The notes: a model not told the origin generated them from the sequence alone. Counted from the stretch's first letter, positions 25,354 to 38,711 are shown. The stretch is 64,000 bases of DNA from Eledone cirrhosa (GCA_964016885.1 OZ024741.1:44082001-44146000); one strand, 5' to 3'. Made by a program: numbers and translations.

Positions 25354-26136
25354 ACAATAATAATAATAATGATAACAATGCTACTACTACTTGCACTCCT
25401 CCTTCTACTACTTCTGCTACACGGATATTTTACATAAAAGTAAACGGAGAATTCCCCAATCTGGAAATGTATTTATCCCCACACGAAACGAATATAATTA
25501 ACTAACAGTAACTGAAACAATCAAATGAAAAGGTAGAGCAAATATTGCAGAATGAATTCTCAAAGGATGAGAATAATTGCTAAAACTTCGATCAAAATAA
25601 AATGTTCCAAGATTAAAATCGACACTACAGAATATATATATTTAAAAGAGTTTTCATCGGGAGAAGGTAAAACTATTTCATATATTTAACTCTAGCCTGC
25701 TTTTTTTTTATTTCTTGTATCGCTTTTTGTTTCCGTAATTCAGAAAATATCGAACAGTTTAAACCACTTTTAGCATCAACTTCTCTGTTTCAAATATGTA
25801 TCTAAATGGGTAATATTAGAAGAAACGATTTCATGTGCAATAGGACGTTAAGAGTTTTACAGCGTTTTCGAAAAAATAAATAACAAAGAAACAAAAATAA
25901 AACATATTTGATAGCGTAGGTTCAAAATCGGACTATTTAACATTATTTAATAAAGAAATTATACATTTAAAAAGGTTTTTATTAGAAGAGATGGAAAAAG
26001 TTATTGTGGTAATTCGCTCTATTATTCGTGAGTTTTATTTCGACACATAATATAATAACGTGAGGAGTGCGGGACTGTGTCCTGAATATATTTCTTTACC
26101 CCGTTAATAAAATATGTCGGATTACTCTGAATAAAT

Positions 26137-26326
26137 AATTGTTTCTACTTTTGGCACAAGGCCAGCAATTACCTAGTACATTACTGGTACTTCATTTTAT
26201 CGACCCCGTAAGGATGAAAGGCAAAGTTAACCTCGGCGGGATTTGAACTCAGATCATAAAGGGCCGTAACTCTGTGTTGCAAAGCATGGTGTCCGACCTT
26301 CTACCGATACTGCCAATCCACCACCA
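26137..26326 (-). mobile_element. SINE family A (tRNA-like head; central GCCTTTCATCCTTACGGGGTCGATAAAAT..GTACCAG domain), with TSD
   Basis: A-box-like GGCAGTATCGGTAG and B-box GAGTTCAAATCCC; TSD tgaataaataat on both sides. The central domain resembles the Meta/MESC SINE domain as I recall it. Confidence 0.9.
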
Positions 26327-26624
26327 TTTGAATAAATAATGAATGAATATTACATAATTTATGTACCAAATTTCGTAGCTGTTGATTAAACATAAATATT
26401 CTTATATATAATGATTGCTTATTTTAAGATTCATATGTTTTAACATTTTCAAATGTCAATACTTCCGATTATGATATAACAGACGCTATATTAACGCTTA
26501 TATAAACGTTCATATATTTACATCGTTATATCATAACGTTTATATTGCGCATAATATCAACATGTACAATACACATTCTAGCAGAAACCATCCAAAAGTT
26601 GGTTTTTCTGCAAGTAAAAATAAT

Positions 26625-27224
26625 AATTATTTTTGAGAGGTTTTTCATATGAAATCGTGTGTCGAAACAAATATTGTTATACTTGGGGAGGGTCATATTT
26701 GTGTAATAATATTACCAGAATTAATAGCAGAACACACTCACTGTTTGGTTGGTTTTCGCTTCTGTGTCTTTTATATCGGTTAATTTAATGTATTCGGTCC
26801 TCAATGTTACCATTGTCTGACCAACGGTCAAAAATACAGATACAATATCGACACAAACACATATATATAGTCTAACAAAGTTCTTTCGTTGGACATCTGC
26901 AACATCGTCAGTTTATTTAAATAAATAATCAGACTAAATAAAGATGGCGTAGACATACAATACAACAGGAGGAAACATAATAGGACCACTGACGATGTTG
27001 CAGATGTGCAACGAAAGAACTTTGTTAGACTATATATGTGTTTGTGTCTATATTGTATCTGTATTTTTGACCGTTGGTCAGTCAATAGTAACATTGAGGA
27101 CCGAATAAATTAAATTAACCAATATAAAAGATACAGAAGCGAAAACAACCAAACAATGAGTGTGTTCTGTTATTAATTCTGGCAATATTATTACACAATT
27201 ATGATCCTCCGCAAGTATAACAAT
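26625..27224. mobile_element. Inverted pLTR pair of the Naiad-type element at 36221, each arm with a hammerhead
   Basis: Arms 26673-26912 and 26988-27224; matches 36230-36570; CTGACGA-t-GTTGCA-gatg-TGCAAC-GAAA at 26989-27016. Confidence 0.9.
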
Positions 27225-27233
27225 AATAATAAT

Positions 27234-27255
27234 GATTTCATTTATTGGCCACAAG
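27234..27255 (-). mobile_element. Tiny Tx1-like 3' terminal stub at (AAT)n
   Basis: Minus strand CTTGTGGCCAATAAATGAAATC(ATT)n matches the Tx1 terminus. Confidence 0.55.
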
Positions 27256-27473
27256 TAATTCGTTTGCGCGCAAACAGCCTCATTACAATGCGTGTCTTAG
27301 ACGACTATCGTCATATTTTTGTTCAAGACAATGCAATCACGTATCCGCAATGTTAGAGCAAACTCTAATTTTGTTTTTAACTGTATCATATTTTGTTCAT
27401 TATCCTGATTTCTGTTTTCTTTTATGTAAAACAATAAATTTCGGATAGTTTAATCTCTATTCAATATACAGTA

Positions 27474-27658
27474 ATTGTTTCTACTTTGGGCACAAAGCCA
27501 GTAATTACACCAGTGCATTACTGGTACTTTATTTTATCGACCCCGTAAGGATGAAAGGCAAAGTTAACCTCGGCGGGATTTGAACTCAGATCGTAAAGGG
27601 ACGTAACTATGCTGGAAAGCATGGCGTCCGACACTACTGATACTGCCAATCCACCGCC
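27474..27658 (-). mobile_element. SINE family A
   Basis: Full-length match; part of a composite duplicated at 33711-34012. Confidence 0.92.
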
Positions 27659-27720
<62 letters not shown>

Positions 27721-27935
27721 CCATTTACTGCTGAAATGGAAAACACAGAAAAAGCAAAGCAGGTAAAAGTAACTACAAAGAAAGAACTGGTACAGAAACT
27801 GCCTACCGATACTGCCAACAATACAACAATATGATATTTTTTTGTAAGCCTTTTTGTCATTCATACCTAGGCCTCAGCATGCGAGTGTAGACGAGCCTAT
27901 GCATGCGAGTATCGACCCTGATTTATATATATATA

Positions 27936-29027
27936 TAAATACAATATCGGAGAAAGCTTTTTAGCGATACTCCGGCCAAATTCCAACTCACTCAACAAAC
28001 ATTAGGAAATAAGTGATTATATTCCCAATTATGCGTTCGGGGTGCTAACTAAAAGTATTGCGTGGAAAATTGGCTGTATTATTTCATGTGAGACATCTAA
28101 TATATCTCTTCCCAGACGGACGTCTCATTTCATTATAGGATTCCTACAATTTGGGTAAAACTATACCAATTTATGTAGGAGCTTGTATACCATCAATAGA
28201 TATATATTCAAGTGGGCTCCTATAATTCATCAATGGGTGCCCCAATAATACTAATATTGATAATCTAACCAACATCACCATTTAGCGATAATCACTTTCT
28301 GTGCCTGAGGTATCTGTCAGGTTGCCAGTCCAGCAGTTATAAATAAGTGCTCAGACTGATTAAAAAAATGAGGAAGTGAATTACCGCCAAAAAAAACAAT
28401 ACATGCGCGAGACAATGAACTCTGAAAGGAATTCAGGCCACGTGCTAAGAACTCAATTGGAAATTGAAAAAATATCTATGTGTTACAACATTTGATGACA
28501 CACACAGATATTTTCTCGGGCAAAATAAGAGAATGAGATATAAGGAACAATCAATATTCATATATGAAAAATAAACAAAGAAATGCTAACCTTATACCGG
28601 GAATTTTTTCAATTCTGCTGCGCCAGAGAGAAAGTAAATAAATACAATATCGGAGAAAGCTTTTTAGCGATACTCCGGCCAAATTCCAACTCACTCAACA
28701 AACATTAGGAAATAAATGATTATATTCCCAATTATGCGTTCGGGGTGCTAACTAAAAGTATTACGTGGGAAATTGGTTGTATTATTTCATATGAGACATA
28801 TCTGATATATCTCTTCCCAGTCTGACGTCTCGTTTCATTATAGGATTGCTACAATTTGGGTGAAATTATACCAATTTATGTAGGAGCTTGTATACCATCA
28901 ATAGATATATATTCAAGTGGGCTCCTATAATTCATCAATGGGTGCCCCAATATACTAATATTGATAATCTAACCAACATCAGCATTTAGTGATAATCACT
29001 TTCTGTGCCTGAGGTATCTGTCAGGTT
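27936..29027. repeat. (TA)n-flanked partial tandem: ~390-bp direct repeats, period ~703 bp
   Basis: 27936-28323 matches 28639-29027. Confidence 0.92.
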
Positions 29028-29180
29028 TATATATATATATATATATGCTTGCATGCAAATACATATGTACGTATGTCTCTTTCTCTTCGCCTCCCTCCCT
29101 CTCTATTTCTCTCTTTCCCTTTATATATATGTATATAGAGAGAGAAAGGGGGTAGAGTGAGAGAGAGAATAACTAGAATC

Positions 29181-29448
29181 GAAGTCAATGTTACAGCATA
29201 TGCACAAACTTTATTGGCATATTACAATTGTTTCAATATCGATCAGCTCAGGGTATAAGCATAATGACGGGATCCGACTCTTCTTTGACATCTCCTTAGA
29301 TACGCGCGTTTATATGTGCAAAGACACTGCTAAATGTCTTTTGGCCCATATAAATTCGCATATCTTATGATTGTACCCCGAGCTGATCGATATTGAAATA
29401 ATTTTAATATGCCAATAAAGTTTGTACATATGCTGCAACACTGACTTC
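29181..29448. repeat. Inverted repeat, ~83-bp arms
   Basis: gaagtcaatgttacagcatatg...catatgctgcaacactgacttc. Confidence 0.88.
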
Positions 29449-30486
29449 AAATCTTCTAACTTTATTTACACCTCTGTTCACTACAGGCACCTTGATACAG
29501 GAATATAACCCAATACATGACGACGGACATTTTAACACCCTTGAGTACTTCGAATGGCGCACCGACTGTCACTGGAGTTACACACCTAACTAACATATAT
29601 ACCCATGTGTACTTGTGTATATATCACTCTCTGAAGACGGTTGAGAATCCTTGGTCTCGTAACTTATATTGGTATACTAAATATTCCTACGTTTCATTTA
29701 TCACCGTAAAATCTATTGTTGTGTAAAAATGCATTGACATTGTTGTTTTCGAAATGAACGTAGAAACTCTTTTTTTTAAATAGTCATAATTATTTTCGAA
29801 ATTATGTTTATCAAAATATAATTAATTTTTATAGTGACGTGATACTTTCAATAAATTCCTTTTGTTTGAATTCTTAAGTGTCATATATTAAATAAGTCAG
29901 GTGTTTCCAAAAAATTATATTAAACTTGGATATAGTGAAATGCTTAAATAAACGTGGAGGAGAAAAACAAAATGGATGTACGAATGTGTTTATTTTATTT
30001 TTATTTTATTCGAAGATTCTTTATCGGCTTGAGCTGTTTCAGTAGATATAGATATTTCTTATGGAGATGTCTTAAAGAGGGATGTATGTGTGTTACAAAC
30101 TTCATGGTGTTTCATTCGCAGGGAAAATCTATTTAATCTTTCACATTGGAGAGATTAAAAATCATACAATATTATATAAATAAAATGAAAAAAAAAAATG
30201 ATCTAATATATGACAAATGATCCATAAACCAATCTGATAAACCCGAATCGATGTATTTCAGTAAGATTTTTAAAAGGACAAACGAGAATGCATTACAACA
30301 ATAACATTGGTATCTGTCAAAATAAACACTATTAATTTTTCGTGATTTGTGTATTGTGATACTATCTGGATTACAAGTAATATCTAACCATGTATTCGCA
30401 AGAGATATCTTGAACATTTTAAAGGATTAGGACAACGTGATAAAGGAGGAAGAGAGAGGGCGAGAGAGAGATAGGGAGAGGGAGAG

Positions 30487-30545
<59 letters not shown>

Positions 30546-31242
30546 TGATAGATTCGAGGATATATTGAAAAGATAAGAATCGAGAATCAAATATATCCTA
30601 GATGACATATATATTGTATAAGAAGCAAATATATCACATGCCTCCATTTTCTGTTTTCTTTCTTAGAATATAACACAGAAATCGCTAGACACACGTATAC
30701 ATAAATATCTGATACACAAACATTTTATATGCAGCTTAACTAGGAAATAGCGTAATGTACTCATATATGAATACATACAAGTGAGCGTGTGTTCGTGTGA
30801 TACATCCCGAGCCAGTTTATTTTCGAAGTTACAATACAAACATTCAAATGCCACACAACCATACTCTTACGCGCACACGTATTTACAGACACAGACAGAT
30901 ATATACACACAAACACACATACACACACACTCGCACACACATATATATAGAGAGATATATATTTTATTAGGGGATGGTACAGTTGCCAATACTGCCAATA
31001 GGAATAAACAAACGTACCATATAATTTTCACTATACCTTTATTGTGCGTTATTCATTTATTTATCAAAGTTCTTTCGTCACACATTATACATCTCACTCT
31101 CTTCCTTTTAAGCGTGAAATTAATATGACTTTACATTAATGCACCCTAAAGTTTGTTTCTCGTTTCCTTGATATAAATATCTATCTGTGTGTGTGTGTGT
31201 GTCTGTGTGTGTGTGTGCGTGTCTGTGTGTGTGTGTGCGTGC

Positions 31243-31275
<33 letters not shown>

Positions 31276-31431
31276 CCTTATTTACAGTGTAAAACTACAA
31301 TGATATCTGGCAATGGGTAACCGTCACTGACCATGTTCTTTTTACTGTTACCCTGCATTATGTTCGATCTCCTGCCGCTGTTTCATTTATTGGACATTCG
31401 ATATGTCTCTTTTCATATTCCTGGCAAATTC

Positions 31432-31551
<120 letters not shown>

Positions 31552-31598
31552 TCAGGTTATCAATAATGTAGTGATAATATATCGTTACGTTATTCAGT

Positions 31599-31671
31599 CT
31601 GTTACAGAAACGTATGTCAATACCTAATAAATTCCTTTTTTAAAAAAAGCACTTTCATTTTATTTCATCCT

Positions 31672-31715
<44 letters not shown>

Positions 31716-31783
31716 AGGATGAAATAAAATGAAAGTGCTTTTTTTAAAAAAGGAATTTATTAGGTATTGACATACGTTTCTGT

Positions 31784-31787
<4 letters not shown>
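31599..31787. repeat. Near-perfect inverted repeat centred on (TA)n
   Basis: Arms 31599-31675 and 31712-31787. Confidence 0.93.
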
Positions 31788-31861
<74 letters not shown>

Positions 31862-31865
31862 TATA

Positions 31866-32114
31866 GAGAATTAGTACATCTACCAACATATGCGTACAGA
31901 TGTACACTAATGCTAGCAAATATATAAGTTATGTCAAAGTACCTAGGTGGTTCTATGCAGGGGAATGCAGAACAATTATATGAAAGACGTAAAGTAAGAA
32001 AATTTAAAAAATTAAAAATGAACTTAGTTACTAAAATTTTCACTCCAGAGTGAAAATTTTAGTAAGTAAGTTAATTTTTAATTTTTAAAATGTTCTTATT
32101 TTACGTCTTTCATA
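31866..32114. mobile_element. Palindromic insert with tail; same family as 49955-50738
   Basis: Arms 31978-32045 and 32048-32114; ends TACGTCTTTCAT|(AT)n. Confidence 0.85.
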
Positions 32115-32156
32115 TATACATATATATATATCTATATATATATATATGTGTGTGTA

Positions 32157-32203
<47 letters not shown>

Positions 32204-32738
32204 TATATGTATATATATATATATATATTACATTACGAGGTAGAGATGTCATGTTTGCCAAATTCTCAAGCTATATATATATATATATATATTGAGGCCC
32301 GCCTCGCAGAAGTACGAATAGTAAGAAATACCGGGATTGTCCGGCCGCTTCCTCTGCACACCGGTCGCGGGAGAGATCTTATGTGTACTTGGACCCCGTA
32401 AAACCGATCTTCTTCGCAAGATCGACACGTTCGTGGCCCGTGTGAGGAAGAGGCCCTATGCGGTGGGTTGCAGCGCGTGCCACTGGCTATTGTCCGCTTG
32501 AATGCTTTTGCAGTCTTGTCCACAGAGCGCAACACTTCTGTCCCCATGCCCTAGATCCAAAGCCCAATCAACCTCCCCCTTCACCCCCGTCTCTTCTTCG
32601 ACTATTGAGTTATTGCCATCCCCTCCCCTTCTTGTTGTTTTTTCTTGTTTTACTCCTTTTTCTCTATATTTTTCTATTCTTATTTTTTCCTTTTGTTTTG
32701 TTTTCTTTTTATTATTGTTATTTTGTTATTATTGTTGC

Positions 32739-32775
<37 letters not shown>

Positions 32776-32793
32776 ATTATTATTATTATTATT

Positions 32794-33792
32794 ATGCATT
32801 TATCTTGCTTTATGTTCATACGAGTTATCACCAAGTCACAACCAGTGACCTCAAGAGACAACAAGGTCCGCCATGTTCAAGAAAGAACATACATACTCAC
32901 ACATGCATCTTTAGTGTTTAGACTTGTGATTGGCACTTATATTGGCAGAATCTTCCTTAGTATATGGGAAGTTCCCATTACTACTAACTTTTCTATTTCT
33001 CCTATACGCGGGTTTCCTGGGATTTGTGATAAGTAATCATTAGACCCCTTAGGTATCATTCCCAGAGCGCCTACAACCACTGGTATTGTTTTAGTTCTCA
33101 ATTTCCACATTTTTCCAATTTCTATCTCCAGGTCCTTATACTTGCTCAATTTTTCAAATGTTTTTATAGATACATTCTTGTCTATTGGAACGGACATATC
33201 AATTAGCAGGCATACCCTCTTTTTAAAGTCCTTCAATATTATATCAGGTCTATTTGCATCTATTTTTTGGTCTGTTTGGATGCTAAATTTCCACAAGTAT
33301 GAGATGTGATCTTTTTCAAGTATGGGAGGTGGTTGATGCTCCCACCAATTCTTTTGATGGGGCAGGTCAAAATGCTTACACATTATCCAATGTATGTATT
33401 GTGCAGCTCTGTCATGCCTGTTTAGGTATTCGGTTGGAGCTATAGGACTGCACATTGAAATTTTCTGGTCAATGGTCTCTGGTTGTGTTTTACATACACG
33501 GCATAATGGGCTGCATCCATTTTTTATTATGTTGGCTTGGTAATTTTTTGTTGGCAGACCCTGATCTTGTGCTGATATAATCAGTCCTTCAGTCTCCGAT
33601 TTCAGTCCAGAAGATGCCAACCACTGATGGGTTAAAGTTTTGTCAACATCAGGATTGTTAGCTCGTTCTGGGTATTTTCCATACAGAGGCTTTTCTTGCC
33701 ATTTCTTAGCCAGTTTCTGTAGCAGTTCTTTCTTTGTAGTTACTTTTACCTACTTTGCTTTTTCTGTGTTTTCCATTTAAAGCAGTAAATGG

Positions 33793-33793
<1 letters not shown>
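32794..33793 (-). mobile_element. R4/Dong-clade LINE, second subfamily (B), 5'-truncated, flanked by (TAA)n
   Basis: ORF 32937-33620: ETEGLIISAQDQ, CRVC, RHD, RPDII..LIDMS..KLSKYKDL, PVVVGALG; different 3' UTR from copy A. Confidence 0.9.
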
Positions 33794-33823
<30 letters not shown>

Positions 33824-33824
<1 letters not shown>

Positions 33825-34010
33825 GGCGGTGGATTGGCAGTATCAGTAGAGTGTCGGACGCCATTCTTTCCAGCATAGTTACGTCCCTTTACGATCTGAG
33901 TTCAAATCCCGCCGAGGTTTACTTTGCCTTTCATCGTTACGGGGTCGATAAAATAAAGTACCAGTAATGCCCTGGTTAATTGCTGTCCTTGTGCCAAAAG
34001 TAGAAATAAT
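33824..34010 (+). mobile_element. SINE family A
   Basis: Full-length match. Confidence 0.92.
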
Positions 34011-34197
34011 TAAATGATTTGAACACAACTTTGATAATTATCTAATTTATTTATTTTCCTGCTCTGTAATCTGTAAAAAACTGATGTTCTTACATTGATC
34101 TATTTCTCTTACTGGTAATAAGGTAGTAGGAAATTACATGACCTTTCCTGTATATAGTTGTTTATAGTATATACATAACTAGAAATAGTATTATTAT

Positions 34198-34306
<109 letters not shown>

Positions 34307-34458
34307 GAATATGTATAATAGAATTTGAATTTACCTTCGAACATAGCTGTATACAAACATGTTTTTGAAATTCGGATTCCTAAAGAAATAAGGTATGTTT
34401 ATAAATAAACATTCTGAAAGCCATATCTATGAACAACACTGCGGTGTTCGACAGAAGC

Positions 34459-34529
<71 letters not shown>

Positions 34530-34619
34530 ATGATACACGTGCAGTCATCTCCATAACTAATAAATTGATGTGTGTATATATTGTTGTATATATCCCCACG
34601 TCCATATCTTATATCTCAT

Positions 34620-35789
34620 TTAGAAGAACTGGAGAGACACATACAACACTTCAGCCACCGTATGCAGTTCTCTGGTTACAATCTGAGTGATAAAATCAGA
34701 GTGTATAGAGGAGCCAGAACCAAATGGGAAAAAATGGTAAATAACGACACAAATGGGACCTGCCCCTTGTATAGGAGCAAATTTTGGAATAGAATAGAAA
34801 GAACTAGGAATAAGGCTAATAGAATAATCTCATGGTATGATAGCAATAAATACCAGAGTGTAATGTTCATCGATACAACCCCTACAGATGAATTAGCTTA
34901 CAAATTTAGAAGGGCCCTAGATAAACATAAACTCAATATTAAGATAGTAGAAAGACCAGGTACCTCCGTAAACACACTTATTAGCAAGACATACCCTTTT
35001 GAAAGACCCCCCTGTATAGATAAGAAATGTATAACCTGTAAAATAAGCCCCATATTAACTGTAAAACTAGAAATGTAGTGTATAGCATAAGATGTACTGA
35101 AGGACAATGTAGAGACAAAAATATAGTGTACATAGGTGAGACCGCTCATAGTGTAGGGGAACGGATAAATGAACACTGGCGAGACCTTCAAGATAGTAAA
35201 GAATCATCTGTACTCTACCAACATGCTAAAATAGAACATAAGTGTAAATTAGAGAACATAGAAATAAAAATAGAATCTACACACAGAAAAGACGCAATAT
35301 TTAGACAAATCACAGAGGCAATAAACATAAAAAAATTACAACCAAAATTAAATAGAAAACATGAGTGGAACAGTAACATCACAACTTACAATTAAGGACA
35401 AAATGAAAACACACACCCACATAGAACAAACAACCAACCGGTAACATGTAAATAAACAAATAAATAAACGAATATAAACACACACAGACACCCGGATGTG
35501 GCGCACTCGCAGACTGAGCACACACCACACGCAGAGAAACAAAATGGCGTAGGACAGAACAAAGGAGTGGCACAAAAACAAAGAAACGAATCCCCAGTCA
35601 CTGAAGAGGTCACATAATGTGTGACGAAAGAACTTTGACAATATATAAACAACTATCTGGTTGTGGAACCAACCAATCAACCAGAAATTTATAAATTCCT
35701 AAATTTATAAATTTATTATAATAAATTGAAGTGAAAGCAACTGGTGCGTGTTTTTCTTATTGGCAACATGACCCTCCCAAAGTATAACA

Positions 35790-35790
<1 letters not shown>
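34620..35790 (+). mobile_element. Penelope-like element, Naiad-type, 5'-truncated (RT thumb, linker, GIY-YIG, pLTR)
   Basis: RMQFSGY, IVERPG, C..C..C, VYSIRC..VYIGET..ERINEH..RQITEA..LNRKHEW; ends CAAAGTATAACAG|(TA)n. Confidence 0.88.
35597..35639 (+). ncRNA. Minimal type I hammerhead ribozyme
   Basis: Stem I GTCA/TGAC; core CTGAAGA; stem II GTCACA/TGTGAC; GAAA; very short stem III. Confidence 0.8.
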
Positions 35791-35878
<88 letters not shown>

Positions 35879-35976
35879 AACACACACACACATAAGATTA
35901 AAGTCACAATCCGGTCAGAATTGTGTGTGTGTATGAGAAAGACCAGTAGTCGCTCGTGCGTACCGGTCTCTCCCTT

Positions 35977-36154
<178 letters not shown>

Positions 36155-36220
36155 AATGTAAATAAATATATATATATATATATGTATGTATGAATGTAAA
36201 TAAATATATATATATATATA

Positions 36221-38112
36221 CTTTTGCGAGGTTATTGATATGAAATCGTGTGTCGAAACAAATATTGTTATACTTGGAGGGGTCATATTTGTGTAATAAT
36301 ATTGCCAGAATGAATAACAGAACACACTCACTGTTTGGTTGGTTTTCGCTTCTGTCTCTTAAATAGCGGTTAATTTAATTTATTCGGTCCTCAGTGTTAA
36401 CATTGACTGATCAACGGTCAAAAATACAGATACAATATAGACACCAACACATATATATAGTCTAACAAAGTTCTTTCGTTGCACATCTGCAACATCGTCA
36501 GAGGTGCTATTATGTGTCCTCCCGTTGTATCGTATGCCTACGCCATCTTTATTTAGTCTCTTTATTTATTTATTCTTTTGTCTTCTCTGCGCATGCGTTT
36601 GCGTGTGTGTATAGTGTTTGATGTGTGTTCACGTTTGGGTGACTGTGTTTTGGTTATTGTATTCTATCTTACTTTACTAGTTTGTGTTTATATGTGTTTG
36701 TTGTTCTTGTGCTTGTGTATGTATTTATTTATTTATACTTCTCTTAGGTCAGTGTTGTTTGTTTGGGTGTTGTTGTTATTCCATTCATTTTTTCTGTTTA
36801 GCCCAGGCCTTCTAAGTTCTATTTCGCTGGCCTCTCTGATTTGCCTATCTGCTGGGTCATTTCTATGTTTAGATATTATTCTAATTTCTGTTGTATATGT
36901 TACCGTCGTGTTGTTGTCTGGCATGTTCGTATAGTACTGAACCGTTTTTTCGTCCTTTTAGTTCCCCCCAGTGTTGGTCTATCCCTTCATCTATGCTACG
37001 AGCTGTCTCGCCTATGTATGTTGTTGTCATGTTTCTGTAAGTACCCTCTGTACATCTTATGCTATAGACTAAGTTTCTAGTTTTACAGTTTATCCGGGGG
37101 TTACTTTACATATAATACATTTCCTATTAGTACAGTGGGTTTTCTTAAAAGGGTAGGTTTTGATGATCAGGGATTTTATGGTGGTTCATGGCTTCTCTAC
37201 CACCTTAATCTTTAAGTGGGTCTTTCTCAGGGCCTTTCTACACTGGTTAGCTAATTTACCTCCAGGGGTAGCATGATATTCTGGTATCTCTGGTTGTCGT
37301 ACCATGAGGTGGCTTTCCATATCTTATGTCTAGTCCTATCTAAGCTATTCCATGATTTGCTCCTGTATAATGGAAAAAATTCCTTTCATGTCCAGTTCTA
37401 TGAGGGTCTTATACTTCTCCGTGACTCCTTCGTATACTCTGATTCTGTCTCTTTGGCTGTAGCCAGAGAACTGCATGCGGTTGATGAAGTGTTGGATGTG
37501 TCTTTCCATTTCAGTTGGGTCGCACATGCGGGACACGTTCTTCATCACTCGTACCAAGTCTGCGATCAGAATATTAAACTTAGCACTACTGGACATTGCT
37601 GAGTTTTTCAGTATCAGGTATTTGGAGGCCATGGGTTTAGCATAGTGTGAGTGGAGAATTTGGGCTCTCTCGTCTATAGTGTTAATCCAGAGTTCTGTGT
37701 CTAATACAGGTAGTCTATTGTTAGGGTGTTTGGAAGGGAAGTCGATAGTTACAGTTATAATCTGGTGTATGGAATTAGCTATCTGCTGGATGCTTTCCAT
37801 TGTGCTACGTTCTAAATCAAACTTGTTGGTGCTTTCTAGTGGGGATGTTCTTATAACTATATTGATCTCGTCTACGTAACGAGAGTACATGATGAGGTCT
37901 ATGGAGCTCTTATCAAGGATATCTTTGAGTCTCCTTTCCCACCATACCATGAAAAGTTTGGCAACGTCACCAACTATGCTGACCCCAATGGCTGCTCCCT
38001 CATTTTGGGTGTAGATCTTCTCGTTGAATTTGAATATGTGGCCCTTTAGGATAGTTTTGATACTAGCCCCTATTGCATGTGTGACCATTTTTCTTATCTG
38101 ATCATTGTTTTG
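36221..38112 (-). mobile_element. Penelope-like element, Naiad-type, second subfamily, 5'-truncated; hammerhead at ~36464-36505
   Basis: ORF 37345-38088: GAAIG, YSRYVDE, LPVLD, HYAKPMAS, RMQFSGY; GIY-YIG LVYSIRC..YIGET..LNRKNEW. Confidence 0.9.
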
Positions 38113-38115
38113 TGT

Positions 38116-38707
38116 GGTTACACGCGTGTAAAAATTATCTCCTGTTATTATTCATGTATATTTATATGTTAATCAATTTCTAGTTATTATAAAATGCTCG
38201 GATTTATCTTTGAGCTTATTTCCAGGTGATATGGCGCATGCCATTATGACATGACACCCACAATTTCGATTTAGATTAAATTCATTTAATTTATCTTAAT
38301 TTTGGATATAGATATATATATACGGCTCCTTAATTGTAGAGCTATTTCTGTTGAAGAGAATTTGACTTCTATTTCTAGTTGTCGAATACCTATTCACGTC
38401 ACTGAAACGAAGCTGCTATCATGTGTAGACACAACACGTGGTAGCGGCCAGATGAGGATTTAAACTCGTTGTGTGAGGATGGATAGCTGGACATTATTAC
38501 TATTTCTTGTTGACAATCCAATAATATCCACTTTCCGTGACTAATTGGTGGAATATATTTCTTTAATGGGATATATACAAGGAAGGTTAATCATACTTAA
38601 AGGTATAAATTTGATTATTACCCAAACTAGCTATGCATGGTTACACGCGTGTAAAAATTATCTCCTGTGATTATTCATATATATGTATATGTTAATCAAT
38701 TTCTAGT

Positions 38708-38711
<4 letters not shown>
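38116..38711 (+). mobile_element. Non-coding element with ~75-bp terminal direct repeats, ending at (TA)n (pLTR-like)
   Basis: tggttacacgcgtgtaaaaattatctcc..ctagttattata at 38116 and 38638. Confidence 0.65.
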
